Assembly: GCA_046758705.1 (NCBI GenBank) | Contig: JBHIAT010000082.1 | Location: 1-15,153, forward strand | DNA from: Candidatus Bipolaricaulia bacterium | Lineage (GTDB): Bacteria > Bipolaricaulota > Bipolaricaulia > JBHIAT01 | DNA: 15,153 nucleotides | Direction of reading: 5' to 3' | The notes under the pieces: model-generated | Databases searched by the model: none | What the model saw: the letters and a program-made list of their open reading frames with translations, nothing else | What the model was told of the DNA's origin: nothing | Part shown: positions 13,925 through 15,153 of the stretch, piece by piece | How the letters are laid out: every line of letters starts with the position of its first letter | How positions within the stretch are numbered: the stretch's first letter is position 1 | Position numbers and translations under genes: made by a program

Positions 13925-15085
13925 ATGCAAAGCTTCAAGCTTGGACTCAAGCTCACCCAGGTCTGGATAGGCCGTACAATTCACTTTTGCAGACCCTTAT
14001 ATAAGGGCAGGACGGGCAACCGGGGCTCGGCGATGGTCGTGGTCGTCATCTTCTCTGTCCTGTTGGTGGGCACCCTGCTGGGCATCGGCTATCTGATCAC
14101 CTCTCTCAAAAGCGAGCGGTACAGCTCCCTGACCGAGGACAGGGAAAAGTCCCTGTTCATCGCCAAGGCTGGCATCCACCGTGCCGAACAGTACATCATC
14201 AACCGAAGGGGTAACTTCGCTTCGGCGAAGGTCAACGCTCCAAGCTGGGTCCCCGCTGACTACCAGTTCTCCGGCTACCTGCTGGCGAACGAGGGCGTCT
14301 CCGACGATCAGCGGCTCAGTGCTGAGGTGTTCATCATCGAGTCGAACCCGAGCACCTACCACATCCTCTCCCAAGGCAAGTTCCAGAAGACACAGCGCAT
14401 ACTCCTTGAGACCGTCAACTTGTCCGGCGGCTCGGTCGTCGATCAGTACTTCTCGACCGCCGTCGTCGCCGATGCGGATGGGGGAATCCTAACCAGCGAA
14501 AATACCATCATCATTGCACCGGAAGGGGATAGCCTACTGTTTTCGGGGCTTCCCCCGATCATCGAGCCCAACACCTACGATGAGGATCACAGCGGCGAGA
14601 TCCTCAGCTCAGAAATCGTCCTCTCCGATATCAATCCCCACAGGCCGAAGACCTACTTCTACGATGGGATCGACTTAAGCAGCAACCAGGAGGTCGTCGT
14701 CGACGGAGACGTCCAACTGTACGTGAATGGGGATGTAGCCATCTCAGGAGGAGCACAGATCGGTCGCTGCATAGATGCGGTGAACATCTCCGGCCTCGGT
14801 AACTGTTCACTGGTCATCTACGTCCTGGGGTCGGGGAACGTGACGATTGGGGGGACTTCCGAGGTGCGTGCGGCGATTTATGCGCCACAGAGCACGCTCG
14901 TCGCCTCGAGCGGAACACCTGAGATCTACGGGGCGTTGGTCGGGTTCGCCGTTGATCTGCGGGGGAGTGTGATGGTGGTCTACGATTCTGATCTGACGGC
15001 CAAGTTGGCCGATTTAGAGGAGACCGGAGTCGAGACGATCCAGGTTGACCCCGAGGTGCAGTTTACCGGGTGGGAAGAGATCTGA
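13925..15085 (+). CDS. PilX-type minor-pilin-like protein with a short beta-solenoid-like C-terminal domain (DUF7305-like)
   Basis: First ATG after the aptamer (13925; start moderately certain). GNRG|SAMVVVVIFSVLLVGTLLGIG followed by SLFIAKAGIHRAEQYI, homologous to the N-terminus of 10995..13301. C-terminal motifs VVVDGDVQLYVNGDVAISGG, NVTIGGTSEVRAAIYAPQS, IYGALVG..VDLRGS..VVYD. Confidence 0.78.
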   Translation: MQSFKLGLKLTQVWIGRTIHFCRPLYKGRTGNRGSAMVVVVIFSVLLVGTLLGIGYLITSLKSERYSSLTEDREKSLFIAKAGIHRAEQYIINRRGNFASAKVNAPSWVPADYQFSGYLLANEGVSDDQRLSAEVFIIESNPSTYHILSQGKFQKTQRILLETVNLSGGSVVDQYFSTAVVADADGGILTSENTIIIAPEGDSLLFSGLPPIIEPNTYDEDHSGEILSSEIVLSDINPHRPKTYFYDGIDLSSNQEVVVDGDVQLYVNGDVAISGGAQIGRCIDAVNISGLGNCSLVIYVLGSGNVTIGGTSEVRAAIYAPQSTLVASSGTPEIYGALVGFAVDLRGSVMVVYDSDLTAKLADLEETGVETIQVDPEVQFTGWEEI

Positions 15086-15153
15086 GTGATCTAAATAAGG
15101 GTAGTCTCCCTTTCAAGTGTTGCTGACAACAGGAATCGGTAGAGTTGTCAAAA

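Noticed and set aside
15124-15150. Inverted repeat TGACAAC-N13-GTTGTCA as an operator or terminator
   Set aside because: Only 7 bp per arm, a single occurrence, and at the window edge with no downstream context.
1-15153. Assigning the host taxon (the gene style suggested a deep-branching diderm such as Bipolaricaulota)
   Set aside because: There is no marker gene in the window; this is an impression only and needs a homology search.

Overview
GC-rich bacterial window in which all credible genes lie on the + strand and almost all encode exported or cell-surface proteins. In order: (1) the 3' end of a PilX/DUF4900-like gene (<1-425); (2) an orphan BtuF/Peripla_BP_2-type solute-binding protein; (3) a c-di-GMP-I (GEMM) riboswitch heading a five-gene cluster: a single-domain pilin-like secreted protein, a tandem two-domain paralogue, a chaperone-like Ig protein, a 1649-aa mosaic (Ig, predicted beta-barrel, SdrD-B, 3x PKD, FlgD-Ig, SLH-like) and a cohesin-dockerin-AMIN fusion; (4) a second, 3'-degenerate c-di-GMP-I riboswitch before a full-length PilX/DUF4900-like gene; (5) a third riboswitch whose P1 stem abuts the start codon of another PilX-like gene with the same N-terminus but a different C-terminus. 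The intergenic regions carry a family of heptamer-armed palindromic elements and a shared GC-rich hairpin. The best overall reading, which is an inference, is a c-di-GMP-riboswitch-controlled surface-appendage island combining a non-canonical chaperone/usher-like fibre system with a set of interchangeable type IV minor-pilin adhesins. Domain names come from motif recognition by eye; no database searches were run.
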